Assembly (NCBI GenBank): GCA_965222115.1
Contig: CBDCTJ010000007.1
Span: 2,720,001 to 2,784,000 of the forward strand
From: Planctomycetota bacterium
GTDB taxonomy: Bacteria; Planctomycetota; PLA2; JAEUHO01
Direction: 5' to 3'
DNA length: 64,000 nt
Positions 17,337-27,595 of the stretch are shown here, piece by piece. The position numbers were made by a program, and so were the translations under genes. The notes beneath the pieces are model-generated. The model had not been told where the DNA came from. It was given only the letters and a program-made list of their open reading frames with translations, and did not search any database. The first letter of the stretch is position 1. Each line of letters opens with the position of its first letter.

Positions 17337-18323
17337 CTACTTCTTGCGCGTGGCCGAATTGCTTGAGGACGATTTGCGTGCTGCTGGTGGCGAGAAGGTC
17401 TTTGGCTTGAGCTGTGCATTGACGCGAATCACATTGGGAAACGCAAGCAAGAAACGCTTCATCTGCGCACCGGGACGTGCCTGCGTGTAGGCCTCGATAC
17501 GGCCGGGGTAGCGGAACTGGGGTCCCTGTTTCCACTCTTGCAAGAGGTAATACTCAGTCGGCTCCCCGCGTTCGGGACGGCCCACAACGGTCACGATGCC
17601 CGGATGATTGACGCGGCGAATGCGCCCGTACTGATCTTCTTCATGGGCGAAGAAAAACACGATCGTGGCGCCACCGGGCACCTCGCGCGTGATTTGAACC
17701 CACTTGCCGGCAAAGGTGGACGAGCCCTTCTTCTTTCCATCAAAGGAGAACTTTACGCCGGGTCCCTTGAGACCCTGAAGCGTGACGAACTTGCTGAGGT
17801 CGGCGAGGCGCGTGCGGTCCTTCCGAAGTTGGTTGATGGCTTTGGCGCCACCTTCCTTGCCGTGCATGCGCGTGACACGCCCATTGGACGAGACGACCCA
17901 CATCTTGTCGCCATTGAGAATCTTGGTGGTGGTGTTGCGCAGAGGCTTGCGGGGGCGAATTTCGAAGCGGTACTTATCGGGATCCTGAAACCAAAGCCGC
18001 ACGAAGCCCTCTTGGTGCTGGGCGTCCACCTTCATCTGCACGTCTTCAAGGTCGCAGTAGAAATTGTTGACATCGGGTATTCGTCCGCGTCCTGCACTGA
18101 CCCATGCAATGGCTTGATCGAAGTATTGCGCGCCGAGTTTGTAGTCGGGTTTACGTGGTGCCGTGCTTGCGGGCTTTGCCTTGACGGGTGCCGATGCGCC
18201 GCCACGGGCCTCAACGCTGGATGGTGCACCTATGAATACGCTCAAGGCAAGAATGGCTGCGGCGCTTCCGAGCACGAGCCCGCGTCTCATGGATGCGCTG
18301 AAAAACGTTGTCTTCTTGCTCAT
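17337..18323 (-). CDS. Secreted protein, LolA-like fold (paralog 1)
   Basis: Signal peptide; LWFQDPDKYRFE...KILNGDKMWVV resembles LolA/DUF2092-type strands. Confidence 0.65.
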   Translation of the reverse strand: MSKKTTFFSASMRRGLVLGSAAAILALSVFIGAPSSVEARGGASAPVKAKPASTAPRKPDYKLGAQYFDQAIAWVSAGRGRIPDVNNFYCDLEDVQMKVDAQHQEGFVRLWFQDPDKYRFEIRPRKPLRNTTTKILNGDKMWVVSSNGRVTRMHGKEGGAKAINQLRKDRTRLADLSKFVTLQGLKGPGVKFSFDGKKKGSSTFAGKWVQITREVPGGATIVFFFAHEEDQYGRIRRVNHPGIVTVVGRPERGEPTEYYLLQEWKQGPQFRYPGRIEAYTQARPGAQMKRFLLAFPNVIRVNAQLKPKTFSPPAARKSSSSNSATRKK

Positions 18324-18573
18324 GGCACTTCCTCGTTTTGGCCGCTTCAACCGCGCCCACCTGATATGAGATTCACGTCCCTGCACGTGTGTATCGGCGT
18401 CATCTTAGCCCGTTGGCACGCAGGGTCCTCGTCTGGTTCAGGCAAAATGAACGACAGGCAAAATGAACGAACCGAGCGCGACGGTCTGGTGGGCGTTGCC
18501 TTCGATTCGCAAAAACGAAGTAAACGCCCGAATACGCCGATGAACGTTCCGAGTCCCAAGTCCTTTCGCCGCG

Positions 18574-19608
18574 TTACCGGCGCGGGCGCTGAAAACGTGT
18601 CGGGTCGATGCCGGCGTTGATTTTGATATCGCGCACGGTGGCCTGAAGGAATCGCGCGGGCGAACCTCCCGGCCTCAGGGAATAGGCCTCAATCTGACGG
18701 GGATAGCGAAACGTTCTGGGCTGACGGGGGTCCGAATCGCGCCAATCGCGGAGGATGTAATCCTCGGTGGGGATGCGTTGGCGTGGATCGCCGTCGATGC
18801 GAACGATGCCCGGATAGCGCACGACGTACTGCCCTTGCTGATTACGAGAGTAGGCGAGCCAGAAGTGCATCGTGGCAGCGCCGGGTGCGCGACGCGTGAT
18901 CTTAAGCCAGTTACCTGCGTAGCTGCCGGTGCCGCGCTTTTCGCCTTTGAAGATGAATGAAGCGCCCGGCTTCTTAAGTGCGCCCAACGTCATGAACTTG
19001 GCGAGGTCGCCCAAGCGATCTCGGTCATTTTTCAACTGCGTAATCGTGCGCCGCGCGCCTTCCTTGCCATGCACGCGCGAGACGCGCCCACGCGGATCGA
19101 CAATCCACATGAAATCGGCATTGAGGATCTTTGTAGTTCGGGCGCCCTGAAGCGTGAGTTCTTGACGGAACTTATCGGGCTGTTGCCACCAAATGCGCAT
19201 GGGTCCCGTGTGGCTTGAGCCTGGCAGGACGATGTGGGCGTCCAGGTTGATGTAAAAATCGGATGTGTGTTGAATGCCCGTGGAACCCTTGGAAACCCAA
19301 CGAACGCATTGATCAAAGAGCGCGGGACCCCAGCTTGCGCGACTTGCAGGTCGGGGCGCCGCGGTTCCGCCCCGTGCCTCGGCATCGCGTGGTGCCTTGA
19401 CGCCATCGCATACGAACGCCGCCGATGCGATGCATACGATGGCCATGCCCTTTGCCAAAGGACCGAGGCATCGACGTGGATCGCGCCATCCATCGCGGCA
19501 CATGCTCGTACGCCTGTTCACATTGCTATTCGAATCGTTCTCGCGGCTCGAATGTTTCCTGCTCGAATGGTTCTTGCTCGAATGGTTCATCGTGCGACCT
19601 GTCTCCAT
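18574..19608 (-). CDS. Secreted protein, LolA-like fold (paralog 2)
   Basis: IWWQQPDKFRQE...TTKILNADFMWIV; clearly paralogous to 17337-18323; exact start uncertain. Confidence 0.65.
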   Translation of the reverse strand: METGRTMNHSSKNHSSRKHSSRENDSNSNVNRRTSMCRDGWRDPRRCLGPLAKGMAIVCIASAAFVCDGVKAPRDAEARGGTAAPRPASRASWGPALFDQCVRWVSKGSTGIQHTSDFYINLDAHIVLPGSSHTGPMRIWWQQPDKFRQELTLQGARTTKILNADFMWIVDPRGRVSRVHGKEGARRTITQLKNDRDRLGDLAKFMTLGALKKPGASFIFKGEKRGTGSYAGNWLKITRRAPGAATMHFWLAYSRNQQGQYVVRYPGIVRIDGDPRQRIPTEDYILRDWRDSDPRQPRTFRYPRQIEAYSLRPGGSPARFLQATVRDIKINAGIDPTRFQRPRR

Positions 19609-19701
19609 CGGTGCAAATCTCCGGTCGTGTGTGCCTCGAACATGCGTCGGTACTTCTGATTGGAACTAGGGTCCGAAAAAAACGCCCAGATCCTCGTTCA
19701 A

Positions 19702-19736
19702 CCAAAAACTCACGGAAGCCAAAAAACTCACGGAAG
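19702..19736. repeat. Direct repeat CCAAAAA(A)CTCACGGAAG x2 in divergent intergenic region
   Basis: 19702-19718 and 19719-19736, differing by one A. Confidence 0.75.
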
Positions 19737-20012
19737 CGGGCGTGCCCGGAATCGACGCGCGAGCCGCGGCCCAGCATCGTCCAAACCCGTATGGGGTGCG
19801 TGCCAAGAATCCAGCGTCACTCTACGCGATATTGGGGTCAAACCATCATCTCTCTGTTGCTACCGACGAGATTCCCTCATTCCGACGCCGGGACGAACGA
19901 TCGGTGGGCGCCTCATTCACCAATGTGTCACACAAGTTCGGCCCAATTTCAGCCAAGATGCCGCCCGCGGCGCGGCTTTGTCCGTGAACGCTCACCGCGT
20001 AGACTCGCATCA

Positions 20013-21185
20013 ATGTCATCCATCGCGCGTGATCGCATTCGCCGTTGCCTCGCCATGATTCCCCTCATTCGCGCGCGTCCCGGGATTCGTATTCCCGATT
20101 TGGCGAGCATCTTCGGTGTGCGCGAGGACGAGATTTGGGAGGACATTACCGAAGTCCTCACCATGTGCGGCATTCCACCGTACCTGCCGCACAACTACCT
20201 CGTGTTTTCGATTCTTGGCGATCGCGTGAGCATTCGCTTTGCCGAGCATTTGAGCCGTCCGGTTCACTTGACGCTCCAAGAGGCGTTGGCGATTGACTTG
20301 GCATTACGCAGCGTGTCGGGCGGGCGTGTGCCCACGTTTGGCGATGCGGCGCCACGGCTGCGGAAAACCGTGCGGGGATTGATTCGCGGCAAGGACCGCA
20401 CAGCCCTCGATGTTTTGGATCGCGCTGTAGGCGGCACGGCGCCCACCGATCATGTGACCGGTACGATCGGCGTTCTCAAAGCGGCCATGGCTAGAAACGT
20501 CGCAGTGTCGATTTCCTACTACACCGCCAGCCGTGATGCAGTCAGTGAACGGGTTCTTGAACCCTATGGCCTTATTGATCACAGCGGCCATTGGTACGTC
20601 ATTGGCCGAGACCCCGCACGGAATCGTGAAGCACCGTTTCGCGTGGATCGCATCAATACGGCTGCATTGGTTGAGGGGCATGAATACGAGGTGCCGGACT
20701 CGTTTACGACCGAGTCGTATCGACGTGACGAAATGTGGATTCCGGGCCCCGATGATGTGTTGGTGCGCGTTCGATTCTCAAAACGCGCCGCACCGCGAAT
20801 TCGAGAAGGTGTGCCGAAGAAGTTGATCGAAGAATTGCCAGGCGGTGAAGTGATTCGCACGTTCCGCATCAATGCCGATCGTCCGCGGTGGCTTTACACC
20901 CACATTGCTCGCTACGGATCGCATGCCGAAGTGATGACGCCTGAGCATGTACGTTCGGGAATGGCCGCGTTCCTTGATGAAGTTCTCGGGACGTATGGTG
21001 TTGATGCTCAAGACATGAGTACTAACGGCAAGCGTGGCCAAACACCGGATGATGAAGGGCTAAAGCCCATGACGCCGACCACGCGCAAGGCCGCGGCTTC
21101 GTCTCCGCCACGCCGCTCCGCGTCGGCGCGCCGAGCAACGCGAAAAGCCCCTAAGCGGTCTTCGAGGAAGCGCCCGTCCGAATAA
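20013..21185 (+). CDS. WYL-domain transcriptional regulator (PafC-like)
   Basis: N-terminal HTH (RIRRCLAMIPLI...DLASIFGV), LTLQEALA, ISYY...ERVLEPYGL...GHWYVIG...FRVDRI, WCX-like tail. Start 20013 rather than 19425. Confidence 0.9.
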   Translation: MSSIARDRIRRCLAMIPLIRARPGIRIPDLASIFGVREDEIWEDITEVLTMCGIPPYLPHNYLVFSILGDRVSIRFAEHLSRPVHLTLQEALAIDLALRSVSGGRVPTFGDAAPRLRKTVRGLIRGKDRTALDVLDRAVGGTAPTDHVTGTIGVLKAAMARNVAVSISYYTASRDAVSERVLEPYGLIDHSGHWYVIGRDPARNREAPFRVDRINTAALVEGHEYEVPDSFTTESYRRDEMWIPGPDDVLVRVRFSKRAAPRIREGVPKKLIEELPGGEVIRTFRINADRPRWLYTHIARYGSHAEVMTPEHVRSGMAAFLDEVLGTYGVDAQDMSTNGKRGQTPDDEGLKPMTPTTRKAAASSPPRRSASARRATRKAPKRSSRKRPSE

Positions 21186-21348
21186 GCGGGGTGATTCGTC
21201 GTAATTCCCGTTCCCGGTGGCACTTCCGTTTGCGCGTTGCTATCATTTGCGGCTGAAGGTGCTCACTGATTCCGGAGCGTCCGGGCACGTGTGCGCTTCC
21301 CTGGTACCTGCCGGCCATGCTCAGCACTCCGGCATTTGGGGCTCGGCT

Positions 21349-23916
21349 ATGGACTTTGGCTCGCAGACTCGCGCGCAACGCAGAACGAGAATGGTGCTCA
21401 CGCGTTTCGCACTCTTGATCATGGCACTCACGCTCCTGATGGGCGGCGAGGCACGCGCCAAGTCGACCCAAGTGGAGTATCCGGTTCGCGATGGGTTCGA
21501 GTGGCATGAGGCGGGTGAGGGACTCGTGGCCCGCGGAATCAGTTCGCTGCAGATGCACCCCAAGGCCACCGACGAGCTGTGGGCTCACGTGCATGGCGTA
21601 GGTCCGTGTGTCAGCAAGAATGGCGGCGCGTCGTGGACACTGCGCGCCAAAGGCATCCGCGAAGCATTCGACGGACCGTGCTCCATTCAGATTAGTTTCG
21701 ATCACGGCAAGCCCAAGATCATGTATTTGGTGATCGACGGCCATGTGTATCGTTCGACAGATGGCGGTGAGAGCTGGGAAGACTCGTCGAGCGGCGCGCT
21801 CGCATCGCAGCGCTGGGACAAAAAGGAGAGTCGCTCGATGATCCACTCCGTGAGCGTGGATCCCAAGAAGGGCGTTTACCTCATGGCGGGCACCCGCCCG
21901 TCGGCGCGTTTTTACGGCGGATTCTACGTATCACGCGATGCGGGGAAGAGCTGGGAGCAGGTTGCCGGAAGCAACGTGGAAGACTCCGGCCTCGGGTCGC
22001 AAACACGATTCGTGCGCCGAGATCCGCGCACGGAAAAGAACATCTGCATCGCCGGTGATCAGGGACTTTGGTACAGCGATGATCGTGGGAAGACATTCAA
22101 GCGTAACGACCCCGGGCAAGGCAAAGGCTCATCCGAGCCGCACCGCGTCTATTCCCTGAGTCGCTTTGCCAATACGCGTGACCTGTTCGCGGGCACGCCA
22201 TCCGGTGTTTGGCATTCCAAAGATGCGGGAAAGGGATGGGGCAAAAAGCCGGTTGCGCAGGGCACCGTAGTCGCCGCCGAACTCGACCCGTTTGCTCGCT
22301 CGCGCCTCATTATCGTGACGCTTGAACGCGGCATCGAGGTTAGTCAGGACGCGCGTTATAAGCAGTGGAAGCTGATCAAGGGGTCGTATCCGCCTTCGAA
22401 TCTTGGCGCACCGCCGTCCGCTGCGCAAGACGACGCGTCATCAACGGATGATGGCGAGGACAAGCCCGCTGACGATTCGGGTGACAAGAAAGGCAATAAC
22501 AAAAAGGACAGTGACGAAAAGGACCGCGACAAGAAGGGTGGCGACAAAAAAGACGATGCGGGCGATGGCTATGTCCACGCGGGCATTCGCGAGATTCTCT
22601 TTCATCCGCGCGACCGTAAGACGGTGTATTTCGCCTCACCCACCACCGGCCTACACATTAGCCGCGATAGCGGCGAGACCATTAGGCCCGTACTGCCCGG
22701 GACCATCGGGAAGGACAACGCCAACGATCGGCTGATGCCTTCCATCGCCATGCCGCTAACGCTTGTGTCCACCCATCCCGCCACCGGGTGTCGATTGGCG
22801 TTTGACACCGTCGGCGGGGCCTATCACCGCGCCACGGGTGCCGATACATGGTCGCCGCGGGGCACGATGACGACGATGGTTACGGAAATTCGCCCACTGC
22901 GCGCTGCCGGCGAGTGGCTGGCTTTGGGCGACGCGTTGCTGAAGACCGCCGACAATGGAGGCACATGGTCCGTCTTGTATGAGCCGGAGAGCATCGGCGA
23001 CCGCGTTGTGGATGTGAACATTGGCACTGACGGAGCCATGCGTATTCTGCTTGAGCGTCGCGGCAATGTTCTAACGACCACGGATGGCAAGGAGTGGACG
23101 GCCACGAAGAAGGAACCGTTCAATGGAGATACCTTTGCGCGTTCCCTTGCCGTGGATCCTGCAAACAGCGATCACATCGTCATCGCCGCAACCACCCTCA
23201 AGCCCATGTGGATGCGCAGGGATAGGGCGGGCGGTGTGTTCGAGACATGGGACGGCGGCAAGTCGTGGCAATCCATCGCGGAAGGGCTTGCACCCGAAAA
23301 GGATGACAAAGGCGCCGCGAGACTCGCGAAACACGGCTGGAATCGTGGCGTTCTAGCGCGATTTGATTTGGCCAGTGGTCTGCTGCTCTATGGCACCGCC
23401 GACGGACGAATGTATGCGCGCAAGCGTCTGCCCCCGTCAACCCCAAAGAAGGAACTCGATGCGGCCTGGTTGGATTGGGCCGAGGTGAGTCCCAATGTGG
23501 ATGGGATCGGACCGGGGACCTACATCACGGCTTCAACGTATGGAACAAGCGCTGATGGCAGCAAGAGTCACTGCGTAGTTCAGATTGCCGATGATGAGAA
23601 TGGCGCTACGCAACTGCGTGAGATCTCCGGAGCGGGCATCGCAGCACTGTGGAAGCGCGCAAAGGCGTCGGCCACGTCCGACGAAGATGAAGAAAGCGAA
23701 TCGGAAACCGCCGCCGTCTGGGGCACGATTCCCGATGTTGGGACACCACTTTCGTCAATCTCGATTCAAGTAGACAACGCTGCCAAGATCACGGCCACGG
23801 ATGCAAAGCATGCCAAGTCCGTGTTGACCTACGGTGTGCCGCCAAAGAAGCCCGACAAGGAAGATGGTGGCGACGGAGACGACAAAGACGGCGGTGAAGG
23901 GGATTCTGAAGAATAG
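21349..23916 (+). CDS. Secreted BNR/Asp-box beta-propeller protein (VPS10/YCF48-like)
   Basis: Many S-x-D-x-G-x-[ST]-W repeats (STDGGESW, SRDAGKSW, TADNGGTW, TWDGGKSW); signal peptide; D/K-rich linker. Confidence 0.85.
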   Translation: MDFGSQTRAQRRTRMVLTRFALLIMALTLLMGGEARAKSTQVEYPVRDGFEWHEAGEGLVARGISSLQMHPKATDELWAHVHGVGPCVSKNGGASWTLRAKGIREAFDGPCSIQISFDHGKPKIMYLVIDGHVYRSTDGGESWEDSSSGALASQRWDKKESRSMIHSVSVDPKKGVYLMAGTRPSARFYGGFYVSRDAGKSWEQVAGSNVEDSGLGSQTRFVRRDPRTEKNICIAGDQGLWYSDDRGKTFKRNDPGQGKGSSEPHRVYSLSRFANTRDLFAGTPSGVWHSKDAGKGWGKKPVAQGTVVAAELDPFARSRLIIVTLERGIEVSQDARYKQWKLIKGSYPPSNLGAPPSAAQDDASSTDDGEDKPADDSGDKKGNNKKDSDEKDRDKKGGDKKDDAGDGYVHAGIREILFHPRDRKTVYFASPTTGLHISRDSGETIRPVLPGTIGKDNANDRLMPSIAMPLTLVSTHPATGCRLAFDTVGGAYHRATGADTWSPRGTMTTMVTEIRPLRAAGEWLALGDALLKTADNGGTWSVLYEPESIGDRVVDVNIGTDGAMRILLERRGNVLTTTDGKEWTATKKEPFNGDTFARSLAVDPANSDHIVIAATTLKPMWMRRDRAGGVFETWDGGKSWQSIAEGLAPEKDDKGAARLAKHGWNRGVLARFDLASGLLLYGTADGRMYARKRLPPSTPKKELDAAWLDWAEVSPNVDGIGPGTYITASTYGTSADGSKSHCVVQIADDENGATQLREISGAGIAALWKRAKASATSDEDEESESETAAVWGTIPDVGTPLSSISIQVDNAAKITATDAKHAKSVLTYGVPPKKPDKEDGGDGDDKDGGEGDSEE

Positions 23917-24021
23917 AAGGGCGGTTGCTCGTCCACCCTTCGGTGCGCACTGCGCGGATCAAAGATCCGCCGGTGCTTACTCAGGGTCTTCGCGCAAATG
24001 GCAAAGCCATTTGCTCTTGAC

Positions 24022-24113
24022 GTCCACGTCCACGAACCGGCGTGAATCGAATATCGGACGCTCACACTTGAGTCCGGGTGACGGATTTCGGGTAACGGGT
24101 GATGGGTGACGGG
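24022..24113 (-). repeat. Composite repeat (minus): (GTGGAC)2 + core + 5 heptamers
   Basis: Core reverse complement at 24039-24078; TGACGGA TTTCGGG TAACGGG TGATGGG TGACGGG at 24079-24113. Confidence 0.93.
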
Positions 24114-24163
24114 AGCTTGGAATGCGCGACCGGTTGCTCCAGCGCGATCGGTACGCGCGAACG

Positions 24164-24333
24164 GCGCTTGTAATGGAACTCCAGCTTGAGAACGGGGTGT
24201 CGCGATCACGCGGACTTCTGTTTGAGCGACCCGCTCGCGTGTGCCCTCCCTCGCCTTCGGCTTCTTTGTGAAGGGCACACGCGAGCAAACGGCTTGCGAT
24301 CCCTTCACGCTGGAGTTCCATCATGACAAGCGC
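24164..24333 (+). promoter_or_regulatory. Structured leader of type A gene, copy 2
   Basis: ATGGAACTCCAGC (24173-24185) pairs with GCTGGAGTTCCAT (24309-24321), covering the RBS; 15-bp stem 24233-24247/24272-24286. Confidence 0.7.
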
Positions 24334-24697
24334 ATCTTCCACGCTCGAATACCTCAAACGCTTCGATGTCTATCGTGTGTCGCAAGCCGCGGCGGTCGAG
24401 TGCGTCGCAGTCTGCGCCGCATGGCCTCGGGGCCACGCAAAGCTTGCCGACCAACTCCGGCGCGCAAGCGCCAGCGTTGCACTCAACGTTGCAGAAGGAC
24501 TAGCGAAACGCCGCCCCGCCGAGAAGCGCAAGGCATACGACATCGCCCACGCCGAGTGCACCGAAGCGATCGCTGCGCTACATCACGCCCTTCTCCTCTG
24601 GATCGCGAGCGAGCACGCGACCTCTCGAGCCATGAATAACCTAGAGCGCGCCGCCGCCATGCTATTCGTGCTGCAACGCAAGTTTGGCGATCCTTGA
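24323..24697 (+). CDS. Four helix bundle protein, type A copy 2
   Basis: 106 of 124 aa identical to 10842-11216 by manual count; same family motifs. Confidence 0.9.
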   Translation: MTSASSTLEYLKRFDVYRVSQAAAVECVAVCAAWPRGHAKLADQLRRASASVALNVAEGLAKRRPAEKRKAYDIAHAECTEAIAALHHALLLWIASEHATSRAMNNLERAAAMLFVLQRKFGDP

Positions 24698-24699
24698 CG

Positions 24700-24809
24700 G
24701 TCCACGTCCACGTCCACGTCCACGTCCACGAACCGGCGCGCATCGAATATCGGACGCTCACACTTGAGCCCGGGTATCGGGGTACGGGTAACGGGTAACG
24801 GGTGACGGG
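24700..24809 (-). repeat. Composite repeat (minus): (GTGGAC)5 + core + 5 heptamers
   Basis: GTCCAC x5 at 24700-24729; core reverse complement at 24735-24774; TATCGGG GTACGGG TAACGGG TAACGGG TGACGGG. Confidence 0.93.
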
Positions 24810-24880
24810 CAACCGAGGCGCGCTGCTTTAGTGCGCGCGCGATTTGCACCCGGCACTATTTTGCGGGTACGGAGGCAAGA

Positions 24881-27409
24881 CTACGTCGCAACCAGCACAA
24901 CCAAGTTGCCGGAGACGACCATCGCCTTCCGAATGATTTTGCCATCCAAGTGCGAAACGACGTTGTCAATGGCCTGAGCGGCGGCAATGACCTCTTGCTC
25001 GGGCAGCTCCGCCGCGAGTTCGATCTTGCCACGCACTTTGCCGTTGATTTGTACGGCGTACTCAATGGTGTCGGCTGCCAATGCTGCGGGGTCATGGGTC
25101 GGCCATTCGCTTGTGGACGCAAGGCCCTCATAGCCCATCCGCGTCCACAACTCATCGGCGATGTGTGGCGCCATGGGGCTGAGCATGGTCAGGAATGTGC
25201 GCGCAACTTCATTGGGGATGCACGTTGATGCGCCCATGGCGTTCAGCAGGACCATCAATTTGCTCACTGCGGTGTTGTATGCGATAGCATCCATGTCGCG
25301 CGTGATTTCCGCTATCGCCGTGTGCATGGCACGTCTCAAATCGCCCTCGGCGGAACCGTCGGTACGTGGCAGTGCGTCGTGTCGCTCCGTGCCTGCCAAC
25401 AAGCGCCAGGCCCTCTGCAAGAAACGGTCGATGCCGGTGATGCCTGCGTCGGTCCAAATGACATCGGCTTCGGGCGGGCCCACGAACATGATGTAGAGCC
25501 GCAGTGCGTCGGCGCCGTGCTCCCGAACGATATTGTCGGGATTCACGACGTTGTGCTTGGACTTGCTCATCTTTTCAACCATGGCAATGGTTGGTTTTCC
25601 TGTGGCCTTGACAACGACCATGCCGTCGCGCGTCTCAAGTTGTGTCGCGGGAACGTACTTCCCCGTGTCCGGATCGCGGTGTGACGTGCACACGATCATG
25701 CCCTGGTTCACCAGGCGTTGGAAGGGCTCTTGGGTTGAGACCAATCCCAGGTCGAACAAGACCTTGTGCCAAAAGCGTGCGTAGAGCAAATGCAACACTG
25801 CGTGTTCGACACCACCCACGTAAATGTCGACGGGCATCCATTCCTTCTCAATGCTTGCATCGACAAATCGTTCGCTGTTGGTCGGATCCAAGAAGCGCAA
25901 GTAGTACCAACAACTGCCGGCCCATTGAGGCATGGTGTCGGTTTCACGCATCGCCGGTGTGCTGTCGCGCGGATCCGTGGTTTCCACCCATGCTGAAATA
26001 GCTGCCAACGGACTTTGGCCATCGCCGGTGGGCTTGTAGCTGTCCACATCGGGCAGTTGCACCGGCAGTGCGTCGTCGGGCAGGGGAACGGTGGTGCCGT
26101 CCTTACGGTGAATTACGGGAAACGGTTCGCCCCAGTAGCGTTGGCGCGAAAACAACCAGTCGCGCAGGCGGTACTGCACACGCGCACGTCCCAAGCCTTG
26201 CTCGCCCAGCCACGTGGTAATGCCCGCCTTTGCATCGGCGACCGACTTGCCGTCCCAATCACCGGAATTCACCAACGCGCCGTCACCGGCGTGGGCCTCC
26301 TTGGACAGATCGCCGCCTGAGATCACTTCCACGATTGGCAAGTCAAAGGCCTTGGCAAACTCGTAGTCTCGCTGATCGTGTCCGGGTACGGCCATCACCG
26401 CCCCGGTGCCATACGTGGCCAAGACATAGTCGGCAATCCAAATGGGCACGCGTTGTCCATTGACCGGATTGATCGCGAACGCACCGGTTGCCACGCCCGT
26501 CTTCTCTTTGACGTCGGCGATGCGATCTCGCTCCGATCGGGTCGAGGCACGCTGGACGTACTGCTCAACGTCGTCCCGCTGGGCGTCACTCACAATGTCA
26601 TCGACCAATGCGTGTTCCGGTGCCAAGACGCAAAACGTGGCGCCGAACAAGGTGTCGGGCCGTGTTGTGAACACCGTAAACGACTTGTCGTTGTGGCCTT
26701 CGACGCGAAATGTGACTTCGGCCCCTTCGCTCCGCCCGATCCACTCGCGTTGCATGCGCTTGAGCGAGTCAGGCCAATCCAAGCTGTCCAAGTCATCCAG
26801 CAGTCGATCCGCATAGGCCGTAATCTTTAGGACCCATTGGCGCATGGGGCGACGCACAACGGGATAGCCGCCCACTTCACTCTTGCCGTCAATAACCTCT
26901 TCGTTGGCCAGGACGGTGCCGAGCGCCTCGCACCAGTTGACGGGGATCTCCTGTTGATAGGCCAGGCCGCGCTCGTAGAGCTTCAAAAAGATCCACTGCG
27001 TCCAGCGGTAGTAGTTGGGATCGGTGGTGTTGATCTCGCGCGACCAGTCGTAGCTATAGCCCATACGCTTGAGCTGTTTACGAAAGGTCGCCACGTTGCG
27101 TTCGACGGCTACACGAGGATGGACTTCGTTCTTAATCGCATATTGCTCAGCGGGCAAACCAAACGCATCCCAACCCATAGGATGCAAGACGCGAAAGCCT
27201 TTGAGCCGGTAGTAGCGGCTCATGATGTCGGAAATGGTGTAGTTCTCGACGTGACCGACGTGGAGTCCCTTGCCCGACGGGTAGGGAAACATGTCGAGAA
27301 TGTACTTCTTCGGCTTCGAAGAATCTTCCTCGACACGAAACGCATCGTCGTCTTCCCATCGCTGCTGCCAAGTTGGCTCCACGATGGACGGGTCATAGGA
27401 CTGGCTCAC
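24881..27409 (-). CDS. leuS: Leucine--tRNA ligase
   Basis: MFPYPSG, HVGH (HIGH motif), TTRPDT editing domain, GGVEHA, KMSKS; GTG start with AAGGAG RBS. Confidence 0.98.
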   Translation of the reverse strand: MSQSYDPSIVEPTWQQRWEDDDAFRVEEDSSKPKKYILDMFPYPSGKGLHVGHVENYTISDIMSRYYRLKGFRVLHPMGWDAFGLPAEQYAIKNEVHPRVAVERNVATFRKQLKRMGYSYDWSREINTTDPNYYRWTQWIFLKLYERGLAYQQEIPVNWCEALGTVLANEEVIDGKSEVGGYPVVRRPMRQWVLKITAYADRLLDDLDSLDWPDSLKRMQREWIGRSEGAEVTFRVEGHNDKSFTVFTTRPDTLFGATFCVLAPEHALVDDIVSDAQRDDVEQYVQRASTRSERDRIADVKEKTGVATGAFAINPVNGQRVPIWIADYVLATYGTGAVMAVPGHDQRDYEFAKAFDLPIVEVISGGDLSKEAHAGDGALVNSGDWDGKSVADAKAGITTWLGEQGLGRARVQYRLRDWLFSRQRYWGEPFPVIHRKDGTTVPLPDDALPVQLPDVDSYKPTGDGQSPLAAISAWVETTDPRDSTPAMRETDTMPQWAGSCWYYLRFLDPTNSERFVDASIEKEWMPVDIYVGGVEHAVLHLLYARFWHKVLFDLGLVSTQEPFQRLVNQGMIVCTSHRDPDTGKYVPATQLETRDGMVVVKATGKPTIAMVEKMSKSKHNVVNPDNIVREHGADALRLYIMFVGPPEADVIWTDAGITGIDRFLQRAWRLLAGTERHDALPRTDGSAEGDLRRAMHTAIAEITRDMDAIAYNTAVSKLMVLLNAMGASTCIPNEVARTFLTMLSPMAPHIADELWTRMGYEGLASTSEWPTHDPAALAADTIEYAVQINGKVRGKIELAAELPEQEVIAAAQAIDNVVSHLDGKIIRKAMVVSGNLVVLVAT

Positions 27410-27595
27410 GGGGGCTCCTTCCGCCGGTTTGGGGGTTGGGATGGTACCCCCCGACCAAAACAGATACGACGCAATCCGATTCCACGAGGTTCCCCGGCGT
27501 GCGAAATGTCGTGTGTGTGCTGCACTTGCGTTGAGATGGCGGTGGTGCGGAGGCGTCGAATGAAGCGATGCTTCGCCCAGGGAGTTCAGCGTTTT

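Noticed and set aside
17538-18620. 360-aa plus-strand ORF and the many other antisense ORFs in the track
   Set aside because: Shadow ORFs of real genes, typical of high-GC sequence; no motifs.
23930-24810. Classical IS element or MITE
   Set aside because: Flanks are direct rather than inverted repeats, there is no transposase, and I could not see a target-site duplication.
26837-27595. N-terminal extension of the ArnT-like ORF (likewise 19425-20012 for WYL and 5228-5701 for DarG)
   Set aside because: Open-frame run-on overlapping opposite-strand or other real genes; family motifs begin at the later starts.
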